The notes beneath the pieces are model-generated. The model made no database searches and was not told the origin of the DNA. It saw only the letters and a program-made list of their open reading frames with translations. Both the position numbers and the translations under genes were made by a program. A stretch of 64,000 nt of DNA from an uncultured Bacteriovoracaceae bacterium (GTDB lineage: Bacteria; Bdellovibrionota; Bacteriovoracia; Bacteriovoracales; Bacteriovoracaceae): the NCBI GenBank assembly GCA_964012805.1, contig CAXGUD010000019.1:1-64000 (forward strand). The letters run 5' to 3'. Below, one piece after another: positions 40,470-50,857 of this stretch (its first letter is position 1; the number at the start of each line of letters is the position of its first letter).

Positions 40470-42374
40470 ATGAAAAAGAAATTTTTAATTTATTTTTTCT
40501 TTGTCACAGCTTTGTCTTTAGCAGGCTTTTCATTCTATTGTTTTCACTTGATAAACGATATATCAGTCAAGTTGGAAGATGTTTCAAAAAATAATGGAGA
40601 TTTGCGGCAAGCTAAAAATTTTTTGGAACAAGGCTCAGTAGCTAATAAAAAGGACCTTAGTGATTATATCCTGTTTTCTGATTATAGGGGAAGTTATAAA
40701 AATTGGCTTAAAGAAAATGCGAAAAACCTGGAACCTTTTTCAAGTAAAAGCCACCTAATACACTTAAATGATGACTCCTCTATACCCTTACTTTCTAATA
40801 ATCATTGCAGTTTGGCTTATTGTTATCAGCATAAACTACCTTTTAATGAAATTCCTGCGCTATTTTGGAAAAGCCTGATTGGTATAGAGGACATAAGATT
40901 TATTTTTCACAATGGCGTCGATATTAAATCTATTCTTAGGGCTTTGTGGGTTGACTTGAAAGCGGGTAAGTTTGTACAGGGCGGCTCAACAATTACACAG
41001 CAATTAGTTAAGAACCTCTATTTATCTAATGAAAAAACTATTTCAAGAAAAATTAAAGAATTTATCATTGCTTTGTATGTTGAAAGAGTTTTTTCTAAAG
41101 AAAAAATTTTGGAAAGTTATTTTAATGAATTTATTTGGGGGTCTTTACAGGGAATTAAGGTAAAGGGTGTTTATTCTGCGTCATTGTTTTATTTTGGGAA
41201 GAAAATAACCTTATTAAAGCCTTATGAGGTTGCCGTACTTATTGCGATGCTCAAGGGTCCTTATTTTTACCACCCTATTCGGAAAACAGGGCGATTAAGG
41301 GCAAGGGTTGATTATATTTTTAAAAAACTCAAAAAATTATCCCTGCTTCCTGTTGATGAACAAGCTTGGAATCAAACTAATTGGGTAGCATGGAAAAATG
41401 AGCTTACAGACCGTGAGTCTGGCCACCCTTATAAAAGTTTGGAGAGAGCTTCTTTAGAGAGTGGAAAGGATGTGGGTGGCTTTGATGACTTTGAAAGATA
41501 TATTTTTTTCAAAAAAGCTCAAGCTTTGAGGACTCGCTTATTAAAAAAGTTAAAATTTAAAAAAGATATTACCGTTAAAGCAATTATTGGGAATCCTTCT
41601 TTAATAAAAAAAGGTGAAAACCTTTTTTACTATTATTCAAAAAGACAAAGATCTTTAAAAAGGTCTATTGAAGAAGAATATCATCAAGTTGGAAGTTTAC
41701 TAAAACCTATTCTTTATTCTCTTTTCGCTAAGAAGGGCTATGGCCTGAGTTACGGTGTTAGTACAGAAAAGATGAGCTTACTTTTGAAGTCGGGTGCTTG
41801 GTCACCAAAAGATTCTCATAAAGATTTACCGGGTATTTTAAGCTTGGAACAAACCCTTTTGATGTCTCTTAACGGTCCTGTGATTCGAATGGCTTCTCAA
41901 GTGGGTTTTTCTTGGTTGGAAAGAGAGTTAACAAGCATAATTCCTCGTTTAAGGACTCCACTGGCAGAGTTTCCAGCTCAATTACTGGGCTCAGTAGAGC
42001 TAAGCTTAAAGGAAATATATTCTATTTATGAAAAGTTTATACTTGATGAGTGTCTGGTGAAAATAAATGGTGTAACTTCAAAGAGTATTGTCTCCGCTTT
42101 ATCTTATCCAAATAGAGGCACTGTTCGTAGAAAGTTGGGGCCTTTTTTCAAGAATTTAAGGTACTTTGGAAAAACGGGTACTTCAAACAAGGGGCAAGAC
42201 AATTGGTACCTTTTTTATACAGGTGATGAATTAGGTGTTATTTGGGTCGGTAACGAAGGAGCCCGAACCCAAAAAGATTTGAATCTTTATGGGAGCACCA
42301 CATCATTCTCTCTCTTTAAGGAGTTTTATAGTTCAAGAGGAAAGGGTTTTTCTGAATTTAATTGTATAAATTAG
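40470..42374 (+). CDS. Class A penicillin-binding protein (transglycosylase/transpeptidase)
   Basis: GT51 motifs EDIRFIFHNGVD, QGGSTITQQLVKN, RKIKE; TP motifs GSLLKP, SLN, KTGT; start moved to MKKKFLIY. Confidence 0.92.
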   Translation: MKKKFLIYFFFVTALSLAGFSFYCFHLINDISVKLEDVSKNNGDLRQAKNFLEQGSVANKKDLSDYILFSDYRGSYKNWLKENAKNLEPFSSKSHLIHLNDDSSIPLLSNNHCSLAYCYQHKLPFNEIPALFWKSLIGIEDIRFIFHNGVDIKSILRALWVDLKAGKFVQGGSTITQQLVKNLYLSNEKTISRKIKEFIIALYVERVFSKEKILESYFNEFIWGSLQGIKVKGVYSASLFYFGKKITLLKPYEVAVLIAMLKGPYFYHPIRKTGRLRARVDYIFKKLKKLSLLPVDEQAWNQTNWVAWKNELTDRESGHPYKSLERASLESGKDVGGFDDFERYIFFKKAQALRTRLLKKLKFKKDITVKAIIGNPSLIKKGENLFYYYSKRQRSLKRSIEEEYHQVGSLLKPILYSLFAKKGYGLSYGVSTEKMSLLLKSGAWSPKDSHKDLPGILSLEQTLLMSLNGPVIRMASQVGFSWLERELTSIIPRLRTPLAEFPAQLLGSVELSLKEIYSIYEKFILDECLVKINGVTSKSIVSALSYPNRGTVRRKLGPFFKNLRYFGKTGTSNKGQDNWYLFYTGDELGVIWVGNEGARTQKDLNLYGSTTSFSLFKEFYSSRGKGFSEFNCIN

Positions 42375-42384
42375 AGTTCTAGCC

Positions 42385-42413
42385 TTGCAAAAGGAGGGGG
42401 CTAGTTGTATGTT
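42385..42413 (+). promoter_or_regulatory. Putative sigma70 promoter of tRNA-Gln/prs operon
   Basis: TTGCAA 42385-42390, 17 bp spacer, TATGTT 42408-42413. Confidence 0.6.
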
Positions 42414-42441
42414 GTGCGGACTCTTTTTTGCTTCATCTTAA

Positions 42442-42516
42442 TGGGGTGTCGACAAGTGGTAAGTCAACAGATTTTGATTCTGTCATGCGCAGGTTCGAGT
42501 CCTGCCACCCCAGCCA
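42442..42516 (+). tRNA. tRNA-Gln (TTG)
   Basis: Acceptor TGGGGTG/CACCCCA, anticodon arm ACAGA-TTTTGAT-TCTGT, T-loop GTTCGAGTC, encoded CCA; canonical position before prs. Confidence 0.97.
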
Positions 42517-42554
42517 CCTTCTTGGCTCTGATTTCATTTAAATTTGGGGGGTAA

Positions 42555-43499
42555 ATGAAACGCATTGTACTTGTATCAGGGACATCTAACCCAAATTTAT
42601 CTCATCAAATTTCAGAACATCTCGATGTTGCTTTGGTAGATCCGCAAATTGTTAGGTTTGCTAATGGTGAAATCTTTTGTGAAATTGAAAAAAACGTCCG
42701 TGGAGCAGATGTATTTGTTATCCAGTCTCTTTGTCCTCCAGTGAACGACAACCTGATGGAGTTACTGATAACAATTGATGCACTTAAAAGAGCTTCAGCA
42801 TCTTCTATAACCGCTGTGATACCTCACTATGCTTATGCTCGCCAGGACAGAAAGGTTAGTCCAAGAACACCCGTTTCAGCGAAACTTCTTGCGGACCTCA
42901 TAACAGTTGCAGGAGCAACCCGTGTTATAACAATGGATTTACATGCTGGGCAAATACAAGGTTTTTTCAATATACCTTTCGACAATATTTATGCTTCACC
43001 TATTTTGCTTAAATATATAAGAAATGAGATTTTATCAGACCACACAATTTGTATATCTCCCGATAGTGGTGGCGTTGAGAGGGTAAGGCACTACGCTAAA
43101 AAGCTTAAGTGTGATCTGGCAATGATTGATAAAAGAAGAACTGGGAAAAACGTTGCTAAAGCAATGAATATTGTGGGTGATGTGGAAGGTAAAGACTGCG
43201 TCATTATCGATGACATGATTGATACAGCTGGAACCTTAGTAGAAGCTTGCAAAGCTTTGAAAAATGGAGGAGCACTAAAAGTTTATTGTTGTGCAACCCA
43301 CCCTGTTTTTTCTGGTCCAGCGCTTAAAAGAATTGCTGAGTGTGATGAACTTGAGCAAGTTATTTGTTCTGATACAATACCTCTCACCGAGGAAGCTCAA
43401 AAGATTCAAAAAATTAAAGTTTTATCTACTTCTGAATTGTTATCAAAGGCTATCCATAGAACTTTCAACAATGATTCAGTTAGCTCTCTATTTATCTAA
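42555..43499 (+). CDS. prs: Ribose-phosphate pyrophosphokinase
   Basis: FANGE, YARQDRK, DLHAGQIQGFF, IIDDMIDTAGTL. Confidence 0.98.
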   Translation: MKRIVLVSGTSNPNLSHQISEHLDVALVDPQIVRFANGEIFCEIEKNVRGADVFVIQSLCPPVNDNLMELLITIDALKRASASSITAVIPHYAYARQDRKVSPRTPVSAKLLADLITVAGATRVITMDLHAGQIQGFFNIPFDNIYASPILLKYIRNEILSDHTICISPDSGGVERVRHYAKKLKCDLAMIDKRRTGKNVAKAMNIVGDVEGKDCVIIDDMIDTAGTLVEACKALKNGGALKVYCCATHPVFSGPALKRIAECDELEQVICSDTIPLTEEAQKIQKIKVLSTSELLSKAIHRTFNNDSVSSLFI

Positions 43500-44074
43500 T
43501 GGACTTCCTAATTGTAGGCTTAGGAAATCCTGGCTCTGAATACCAAAACACAAGACATAATATAGCTTGGAGTGTTTTAGAGAGTGCACCTTTCTCCTCT
43601 CATTTAGCTTGGAGGGAGAAGTATAAAGGCTTTTATGCGTCTCATGGGTTTAGGAATGTAAAAGGTCATTTTCTGAAGCCGCAGACTTATATGAATTTAA
43701 GCGGTGAAAGTGTTCAGCCTTGCGCTGACTTTTTTAAAATCAGGGTTGAAAATATTCTAGTTGTTCATGATGAGCTGGATCTTCCTTTTGGGACGTTGGC
43801 GTTTAAAAAAGGAGGAGGCTTGGCTGGGCATAATGGACTTAAATCAATCTCGCAAATATTGGGTTCTCAAGATTTTCTGAGGTTAAGGTTGGGTATTGGA
43901 AGGCCAACTCATGGTAATGTTGCTTCCTATGTTCTATCAAACTTTTCTTCTGATGAAAGAATGGTGCTTGATGACTTCCTTAAAGGGGGAGGAGAAGCCA
44001 TTGATTGTTTTATGAATGAAGGCTTTCAAAAAGCAGCAAAGACTTTTAGTAAGAAGAGTTATACAGAAGTTTAA
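43499..44074 (+). CDS. pth: Peptidyl-tRNA hydrolase
   Basis: IVGLGNPG, TRHN, KPQTYMNLSG, HDELD, GHNGLKSI. Confidence 0.98.
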   Translation: MDFLIVGLGNPGSEYQNTRHNIAWSVLESAPFSSHLAWREKYKGFYASHGFRNVKGHFLKPQTYMNLSGESVQPCADFFKIRVENILVVHDELDLPFGTLAFKKGGGLAGHNGLKSISQILGSQDFLRLRLGIGRPTHGNVASYVLSNFSSDERMVLDDFLKGGGEAIDCFMNEGFQKAAKTFSKKSYTEV

Positions 44075-44105
44075 TTGAAAAAAGTTTTAAATTAAGGAGA
44101 AAAAG

Positions 44106-45218
44106 ATGGGGATTAATTGTGGAATTGTTGGGCTTCCTAATGTTGGAAAATCTACTATTTTCTCTGCAATAACTTCTGCCCCTGCTGAGGCTGCAAATTA
44201 TCCTTTTTGTACAATTGAGCCAAATGTTGGAATTGTAAATGTTGCAGACGGAAGATTGGAGAAGATAAGTTCTATAATAAAAACGAAGAAAGTTATACCT
44301 GCTATCGTGGAGTTTATGGATATTGCTGGTTTAGTAAAAGGAGCTTCTAAAGGCGAAGGTTTGGGAAATCAGTTTTTGGGTCATATCAGACAAGTAGATG
44401 CTATTGCCCATGTAGTTAGATGCTTTGATGATGAGAATGTTGTTCATGTTGGTGGTAGAGTTGATCCAATTGAGGATATTGAAATTGTTAATACTGAATT
44501 AGCTTTGGCAGACTTAGAAGTTGTTCAGAAAAAGTTGGAAAGCATTGGGAAATTGATCAAAAGCCAGAATAAAGATGTTTCAACTAAAGCAAAAATTTTG
44601 AAACCTATTCTTGAAAAGTTAATAGTTGGGTTGGAAGAAGGCAAGCCTGCCAGAATGGTTGAATTAGACCCTGAAGACTTAGAGTCCTGCAAAGACCTCA
44701 ATTTGATCACACTCAAAAAGGTTCTTTATGTTTGCAATATTGATGAGGAAAGTCTTACATCAACTTCAAATCCTTATGTTCAGAAAGTGGAGGATTTTGC
44801 GAAAAGTGATGGTGCAGAAGTTTTACTCATTTGTGGAAAACTAGAGGCTGAAATCTCTTCCTTGGAGACAGAGGAAGAAAAGAGAGAGTTTTTAAGCGAA
44901 ATAGGGATCAATGAGTCTGGGCTTGATAAGTTAACCAGAATTGCATACGAAATGCTCGGACTTAGAACTTATTTTACTGCTGGAGAAAAAGAAGTAAGAG
45001 CCTGGACATTTAAAACGGGTGCTAAAGCACCTCAGGCTGCAGGAGTCATTCACAGTGATTTTGAAAGAGGGTTTATTCGAGCGGAGGTTTACCACTGCGA
45101 AGAGCTATTTGAGTTTGGGACAGAAAGTAAGTTAAAGGAGTCAGGTAAGCTAAGAGTAGAGGGAAAGGAGTACGTTGTTGAGGATGGAGATGTAATGCAT
45201 TTTCGCTTTAATGTGTAG
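44106..45218 (+). CDS. ychF: Ribosome-binding ATPase YchF
   Basis: GIVGLPNVGKST, NYPFCTIEPN, DIAGLVKGASKGEGLGNQFL, TGS domain. Confidence 0.98.
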   Translation: MGINCGIVGLPNVGKSTIFSAITSAPAEAANYPFCTIEPNVGIVNVADGRLEKISSIIKTKKVIPAIVEFMDIAGLVKGASKGEGLGNQFLGHIRQVDAIAHVVRCFDDENVVHVGGRVDPIEDIEIVNTELALADLEVVQKKLESIGKLIKSQNKDVSTKAKILKPILEKLIVGLEEGKPARMVELDPEDLESCKDLNLITLKKVLYVCNIDEESLTSTSNPYVQKVEDFAKSDGAEVLLICGKLEAEISSLETEEEKREFLSEIGINESGLDKLTRIAYEMLGLRTYFTAGEKEVRAWTFKTGAKAPQAAGVIHSDFERGFIRAEVYHCEELFEFGTESKLKESGKLRVEGKEYVVEDGDVMHFRFNV

Positions 45219-47295
45219 ACTTGAAGGTAATAAAAAATGAATCTTTGAGTGGCACACTCAGATTCGACTTTTTTTCTAGCCATTTGTAGAAGAAAATATT
45301 TCTATAAATTAATTTTACATAATTTCTAGTTTCTCTAAATGGAATTGATTCTATTATGGAGAGTGGATCATCTGAGTTGAAGATTTTTCTTTTCCAGTTT
45401 TCAATTCTTTTTTCACCAGCATTATATGCAGCCAATGTATATATAAGATTTCCTTTGTATTTATTTAGTAATTTTTTAAAATATCTAATACCTAGCTTTA
45501 GGTTAAGGTTTGGATTTTTCAATTGAAAGCTTTTTATTTGTTTTTCCATAGATCTAGCTGTACTTGGCATTATTTGCATCAGACCTCTCGCTCCAACTCT
45601 TGAAATAGCTCGAGGATTGAATGCAGACTCTTGCCTTATCAAGGAGAGAATAACAATTGGATCTATAACTTTTTCAATTTTCTTGATTTCATTGAAGTAT
45701 TCAAAAGGGAATAGAATTTTCAAATAATGATAGTTCAAAAGAAATTTTTTAAAAGTTAAAGATTTATGTATCATTTTAAAAGATCGAAGGTACTCTCTTT
45801 TGTTTGCAAAAAGTTTAACAATCTCTGTAAAAAGTAACCTTTCATGATCTTTTTTTGAAATAGCAATTTCGTTTGGATTCTTATAGACATCTTTTGGCGA
45901 AAGATTTGTCAAAAAATGAATTTCTTTTTCCTCCAATCTGTAATCTTTAAAAGAAACCCATATGAGAAGTCTTCTTAGGGAGTTTAGAAAATTTAATTTA
46001 AACTGATTTATATTTAGCTTTTTTTCTTTTGAAAATATATTGTTATTAACTAATTGATCTTCCTTATTTTTGCTTGAAGATTTATTTAGTTCTTTTAATG
46101 AAATGATAGAGTAAAAACTTAAAGGATTTGATGTTATTATATCTTTATACAATGTCTTTGCTAGAGCCTTTTCACCATTCTTTTTTAATGATACAGCGAC
46201 CCAGAATTTAAGCTTGGTACTAATGTTGTTAAAATTCTCTATTAGGTTTTCCTTTAAAATAAAATTTTGAGCACCTCTGTAATCTTTTCTTAAGAGGTGA
46301 GTCCAAAGAATTAGAAACAGAGATTCACTTTCATCTTTTATAGGATTAAAGATGTTAGAGGTTTGAAAAATTGATGTGGCAAAATCGTAGTGACTTTCGT
46401 ATAGGAACTTTTTACCAATTCCTGTGAATTTTTTCCAAGCATATTTATTGCTTATTAAATCTCTATTTTTTAAATAGAAACTTAATGTGTCTATAACAAG
46501 GTTTTTGCTTTTCTCAAACTTAAATAGCTTAAAAGAATTGTCAATTTCCTTAAATGATTGTCTGAGTTGTTGCTTTTTTAACTTTTTTAAATTTATATGG
46601 TGTTCATCTTGAGCTTGAAATTGTTTTAATGATTGAAAAGATTCTGGCTTTAAAGATTTTAATATTTGATCATTTATTTTTAACTCTTTTTTCTTTGCAC
46701 TTGATACTACTAGATTTGATAATAAAGTGTATACGTTCGGCTCTTTTGACATTTTTTTTAAAAGCTTTGAAAATAATTTTTGATTTTCACCTTCTAAGTA
46801 ATTTTCAAGATTCATTGATAAATAGTTAAAATTACTTTTTTTAAGAAGAAAAGAATTATCAGATGAATAAGCGATTTTAATGAATAAGTTATTACAGAAT
46901 TTTTTTAATAATTTTGAAATATTATTAAAAATTGGATAGTGGTAATTTTTTTTAAGATGACAAGTTTTATGAAACTTGTCGTTTTTATTTAAAGCGGATA
47001 TTTTTTTGGCTTTTTTTAATATAAACTCGTAACTTTTAAATGAGAAAGAAATTCTTGAGAGCAATATTAACTTTTTTACTTTCTCATGGTTAAGCTTATT
47101 TCTTTTTAAATCTTTTAAAAATACTTTAAAGTATTTGCCAAAAGTTTTGTCACTTTGTAGAGGTTTTAGTTTTTTAAAAATAAAGCTTTGATCTGATCTT
47201 TTGAAATTGTTATTAATAATGGATTTATTGATTGATGAGTTAGCATTTTGTAGAAGAGAAATATATATGAGCAACATATAAAGTACTCTACTCAT
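45208..47295 (-). CDS. Soluble lytic transglycosylase (Slt70-like)
   Basis: IRQESAFNP, GARGLMQIMPSTA, AAYNAG, IPFRETRNYV; helical N-terminus with signal peptide. Confidence 0.93.
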   Translation of the reverse strand: MSRVLYMLLIYISLLQNANSSINKSIINNNFKRSDQSFIFKKLKPLQSDKTFGKYFKVFLKDLKRNKLNHEKVKKLILLSRISFSFKSYEFILKKAKKISALNKNDKFHKTCHLKKNYHYPIFNNISKLLKKFCNNLFIKIAYSSDNSFLLKKSNFNYLSMNLENYLEGENQKLFSKLLKKMSKEPNVYTLLSNLVVSSAKKKELKINDQILKSLKPESFQSLKQFQAQDEHHINLKKLKKQQLRQSFKEIDNSFKLFKFEKSKNLVIDTLSFYLKNRDLISNKYAWKKFTGIGKKFLYESHYDFATSIFQTSNIFNPIKDESESLFLILWTHLLRKDYRGAQNFILKENLIENFNNISTKLKFWVAVSLKKNGEKALAKTLYKDIITSNPLSFYSIISLKELNKSSSKNKEDQLVNNNIFSKEKKLNINQFKLNFLNSLRRLLIWVSFKDYRLEEKEIHFLTNLSPKDVYKNPNEIAISKKDHERLLFTEIVKLFANKREYLRSFKMIHKSLTFKKFLLNYHYLKILFPFEYFNEIKKIEKVIDPIVILSLIRQESAFNPRAISRVGARGLMQIMPSTARSMEKQIKSFQLKNPNLNLKLGIRYFKKLLNKYKGNLIYTLAAYNAGEKRIENWKRKIFNSDDPLSIIESIPFRETRNYVKLIYRNIFFYKWLEKKSNLSVPLKDSFFITFKSTH

Positions 47296-47316
47296 TTAAC
47301 TTTTTTCCTTTTGGCT

Positions 47317-47916
47317 TTAATAAATTTTTTTAAATCTAGTTTGAATTTCAGCAATCTTTTGGTTTATTTTTTCTATTTCGGACTTCTTGTTATTTGGAAA
47401 TTCCTTACTTATTTTTTTTAAAAGTGAGTGTATTTCATTCAGGTAAACAACATCCCTGTTATAATTGTTTTGGATTGCAGAGAAGGTTTTATTGTAATCC
47501 TCGGCTAAGTCTTTGAAATAATCTTCTTCTCTAAAGCTTAATTTTCCCAAACCTTTATTGTCTGATACTTTTCTCAAGTATTTTTGAGTTTTATAGATCG
47601 GGCCTGCTATTTTATGACTGAAAAAAATAGAGATGATAAAAATGATACCAGTGAAAATAAATTGACCAAAAATTAATAGAATAATTATTTTTTCTCTTTG
47701 AGTTGATACAGCTTTAGATACTCTGGGAATTTCTTCCGTTTCTTTTTCGCAAATTTTTACTAAGTTCGATGAAATATCATTGCTGTATGATGTCATTAAG
47801 TTGTAAATGATAAACGGATAAATTAAGCTTGAAATAAAAACAACAGTTGAAATGAGTAGGCTAAATTTTAGCTGAAATTTTGGATTAATTAAAAATATGG
47901 TTCTTTTATAAGTCAT
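47317..47916 (-). CDS. Two-TM membrane protein with HAMP-like segment
   Basis: LINPKFQLKF, two TMs, SHKIAGPIYK..FREEDYFKDLA. Confidence 0.7.
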   Translation of the reverse strand: MTYKRTIFLINPKFQLKFSLLISTVVFISSLIYPFIIYNLMTSYSNDISSNLVKICEKETEEIPRVSKAVSTQREKIIILLIFGQFIFTGIIFIISIFFSHKIAGPIYKTQKYLRKVSDNKGLGKLSFREEDYFKDLAEDYNKTFSAIQNNYNRDVVYLNEIHSLLKKISKEFPNNKKSEIEKINQKIAEIQTRFKKIY

Positions 47917-48114
47917 GTTGGCTTAATTTCCAGAAAATTCAACCATCGGTTCTTAGATAATAGTATTATTTAAAAACGTCTGTTGCTACCTTTCCCAAAT
48001 TTGGCCCCTTTGACATTTTTCGCTGTTCTGGTAATGAAGGCTCTTTGCGTTATTTCTTGGTTTTTTCCATCTTCGAGTGTATAAGGGGCTTGAACTAACT
48101 GAAAAGGGATAATC

Positions 48115-49287
48115 ATGATTTCTGAAATAAAAGACCTCATAAAAAGTACCGTAAATCCAGTTTCTGGAAAACCTGAAAGTGAGGAGAATAGGGTTAAGGA
48201 TATTTTTGAATCGGAAGGGGATATAGTTATAAAGTACGATAGAGAAGGGCTCTCTCCAAGTCAAAAAAGGGTTTTTGAGGACAATATACTTAGTTCTGTT
48301 AAGGATAAAGTTCCCGCTGATAAAATATCCTTTTCCTCTATTTCCAAAGATTCAGGTGATGTTTATAAGAGTTTAAAAAGCTCTGATGATGATGGCCCTA
48401 AGAAAGAAACCTCTAAGCCGGTTGAAAACGCGACATTAAATGTTGGTCATGGGAAACCCGCTCCGAAAAAAGAGGTTCCAAATGTTAAAAAAGTTATTGC
48501 AGTTGCTTCAGGGAAAGGTGGTGTAGGAAAATCGACTGTCTCTGTTAATTTAGCCCTTTCATTAAAAAAGTTAAACAAAAAGGTAGGCTTATTAGATGCT
48601 GACATCTACGGTCCTTCACTGCCTATTTTGCTGGGTAAAAGAGACGAAAAGCCCAAGGCCAATGATCAGAAAAAAATTATTCCTTTGGAAGCCCACGGTC
48701 TTAGATTTATGAGTTTTGGCCTTTTTATTAAGGAAGGAGAGCCAGTTATTTGGCGTGGACCTATGCTAGGTGGTGTGTTGAATCAGTTTTTGTTTGATGT
48801 TGATTGGGGCGAATTAGATTATCTTATTATTGACCTACCGCCAGGAACCGGTGATGTCCAACTTTCTATGATACAAAGTGTTTCCGTAGATGGGTCGATT
48901 ATAGTTTCCACACCGCAGGACGTGGCCCTATTAGATGCTATAAAAGGCTTTAATATGTTCACACAGGTTAAAACGCCTGTTTTAGGGATGGTTGAAAATA
49001 TGAGCTCTTTTATTTGCTCAGAATGTGGCGCATCCCACGATATCTTTGGTAATGGGGGTGTAAAAACTGAGGTTGAGAAGCTAGAGACAAATCTTCTTGG
49101 TCAAGTACCCCTAGATATCAAGTTAAGAAAGGGGTCTGATGAAGGAAAGCCTTATATGGCTTTTAATTTTGATGAGGGTGATGAAGTTTCTAAATCTTAC
49201 ATGGCCATTGCCAAAAATGTTGATAAAATTCTATTTGAGAGTAAAAAAGATAAGAAAGGCTTTTTTGGCAAATTTTTTGGGAAATAG
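48115..49287 (+). CDS. Mrp/ApbC iron-sulfur cluster carrier ATPase
   Basis: VASGKGGVGKST, DADIYGPS, WRGPM, DLPPGTGD, ENMS..CSECG. Confidence 0.96.
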   Translation: MISEIKDLIKSTVNPVSGKPESEENRVKDIFESEGDIVIKYDREGLSPSQKRVFEDNILSSVKDKVPADKISFSSISKDSGDVYKSLKSSDDDGPKKETSKPVENATLNVGHGKPAPKKEVPNVKKVIAVASGKGGVGKSTVSVNLALSLKKLNKKVGLLDADIYGPSLPILLGKRDEKPKANDQKKIIPLEAHGLRFMSFGLFIKEGEPVIWRGPMLGGVLNQFLFDVDWGELDYLIIDLPPGTGDVQLSMIQSVSVDGSIIVSTPQDVALLDAIKGFNMFTQVKTPVLGMVENMSSFICSECGASHDIFGNGGVKTEVEKLETNLLGQVPLDIKLRKGSDEGKPYMAFNFDEGDEVSKSYMAIAKNVDKILFESKKDKKGFFGKFFGK

Positions 49288-49290
49288 TTT

Positions 49291-49851
49291 TTGAAAAATA
49301 AAGGGTTATTAAAGGTTCTTAAAGAACAATTTGTGTTTGGTTTTACAGGCAGAATTAATGTTCTCTTGGGGCATAATGACCAATATTTAGGAGCTATTTT
49401 TCAGAAAGATGGCAAGGTCATACACTCTGAATATGAGGGCTTCAGGAGTAAAAAGGCCCTCTACAAAATTATTTTTGACGATATCGACGACGATATTTCC
49501 CTAAAGTTCTTAATTGAACCAGAAATTATTTCAGAGAACATTCAAACCTTTGAATATTCCTTTGATAGTCTTTATGAAAAAGTCAGAGAAAGATATCCAC
49601 TGTATAGTAAAACAAAAAAGTTAAAACCGCCTATAGATATTAGGTTAGGTGTTTCTTCTGCTTTCGTTATTGCTGGAGAAAAGATTTTACCTGAGGAATT
49701 TGATGTTTTATGTAACATCGTTTTATCTCCAAAGGTAGCTGACATTTACTCAAACTCTTTGCTTTATGATTACGAAATAACAAATTATTTAGTGTCTTTG
49801 AGGAAAAAAGAGGCCCTAAAGGTATTAGGGCCTGCGGTAAATGAAGCTTAG
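49291..49851 (+). CDS. Hypothetical protein, DUF4388/PatA-N-like
   Basis: FTGRINV..GAIFQKDGKVIHSEY..KKAL pattern. Confidence 0.55.
   Translation: MKNKGLLKVLKEQFVFGFTGRINVLLGHNDQYLGAIFQKDGKVIHSEYEGFRSKKALYKIIFDDIDDDISLKFLIEPEIISENIQTFEYSFDSLYEKVRERYPLYSKTKKLKPPIDIRLGVSSAFVIAGEKILPEEFDVLCNIVLSPKVADIYSNSLLYDYEITNYLVSLRKKEALKVLGPAVNEA
49801..49833 (-). terminator. Intrinsic terminator for etfBA
   Basis: AGGCCCTAA-aggta-TTAGGGCCT hairpin 49811-49833, followed on the minus strand by CTTTTTT. Confidence 0.65.
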
Positions 49852-50807
49852 TTAAGCGCCTTTTTAAACTCCTCAGTCAGAAGAGGGACAATTTTAAAAA
49901 GGTCTCCAACGATGCCATAGTCCGCTTTTGTAAAAATCGGGGCATCGGGATCTGTGTTAATCGCAACAATAACCTTTGACGTTCTCATTCCTGCAAGGTG
50001 CTGGATAGCTCCGGAAATCCCACAAGCTATATAAAGGGAGGGTGAAACAGTTTTTCCCGTTTGGCCAACCTGCATATTATGTGGAGCATACCCAGAGTCG
50101 ACTGCGGCTCTAGAGGCACCTACTGTAGCTCCCAAGACTTCTGCAAGTTCATCTAGGATTTTAAAGTTTTCGCTATTCTTCATTGCTCTTCCTCCAGAAA
50201 CAATGATATTTGCTTCTGTAAGGTCAAGCTTCTCAGAGGCTCCTTTAATAACCTCTTTAACAAATGCTCGAATTGTTCCTGGTTTAACTTCAATTGAATT
50301 CTTTTCCCCCGAACTAGGAGAGGGGTCTTCTGGAAGTCCAAGAGAATTAGGCCTAACCGTAACAAAATGTGGTTTTGGACCTTTAATTTCAACTTTTGCG
50401 AGGCATTTCCCCGCAAAAAGAGGTCTTGTTCCATGGAATTCATTGTTTTCGATAACAAAATTAGTCACCTCACTTGCCATGCCAGCATCGAAATGACCAG
50501 CCAAGCGTGGAATCAGGTCTTTACCTTGAGATGTCGCACCAGCAAAGACGTAGTCGTATGAGTTGGATTTTAGGAACTCTGAGTAAGCCTGTGAATAACC
50601 TTCAGGGGAATAGACAGATAAGTTTTCTCCACTTAGTGTGTGAACTTTTGAAGCCCCATATTTGGCAAGTTGTTCGATTGCTTCGCTGCTGAGTTCTCCT
50701 AGGGAAGCAACTTCAATATCTTGACCGTTAAGTTTTCCAAGAATCTCTAAAGTAACTGGCTTAACATTATTACCACTTGTTTCAGTTAGAACTAGTATTT
50801 TTGCCAT
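49848..50807 (-). CDS. etfA: Electron transfer flavoprotein alpha subunit
   Basis: IVSGGRAM, VGASRAAVDSG, QVGQTGKTV, GISGAIQHLAGM; likely start MAKIL. Confidence 0.97.
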   Translation of the reverse strand: MAKILVLTETSGNNVKPVTLEILGKLNGQDIEVASLGELSSEAIEQLAKYGASKVHTLSGENLSVYSPEGYSQAYSEFLKSNSYDYVFAGATSQGKDLIPRLAGHFDAGMASEVTNFVIENNEFHGTRPLFAGKCLAKVEIKGPKPHFVTVRPNSLGLPEDPSPSSGEKNSIEVKPGTIRAFVKEVIKGASEKLDLTEANIIVSGGRAMKNSENFKILDELAEVLGATVGASRAAVDSGYAPHNMQVGQTGKTVSPSLYIACGISGAIQHLAGMRTSKVIVAINTDPDAPIFTKADYGIVGDLFKIVPLLTEEFKKALN

Positions 50808-50857
50808 TCTTCGCTCCACTTTTTAATTTGTGATGTATATTCTAATTTTTAATATAT

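Noticed and set aside
42442..42554. tRNA as an integration site
   Set aside because: No integrase or duplicated tRNA 3' end seen; prs follows directly
47986..48264. 92-aa minus-strand ORF or possible ncRNA in the divergent gap
   Set aside because: Overlaps mrp antisense and has no motif; no recognisable RNA family; the gap looks like a promoter region (TTGACA at 48010)
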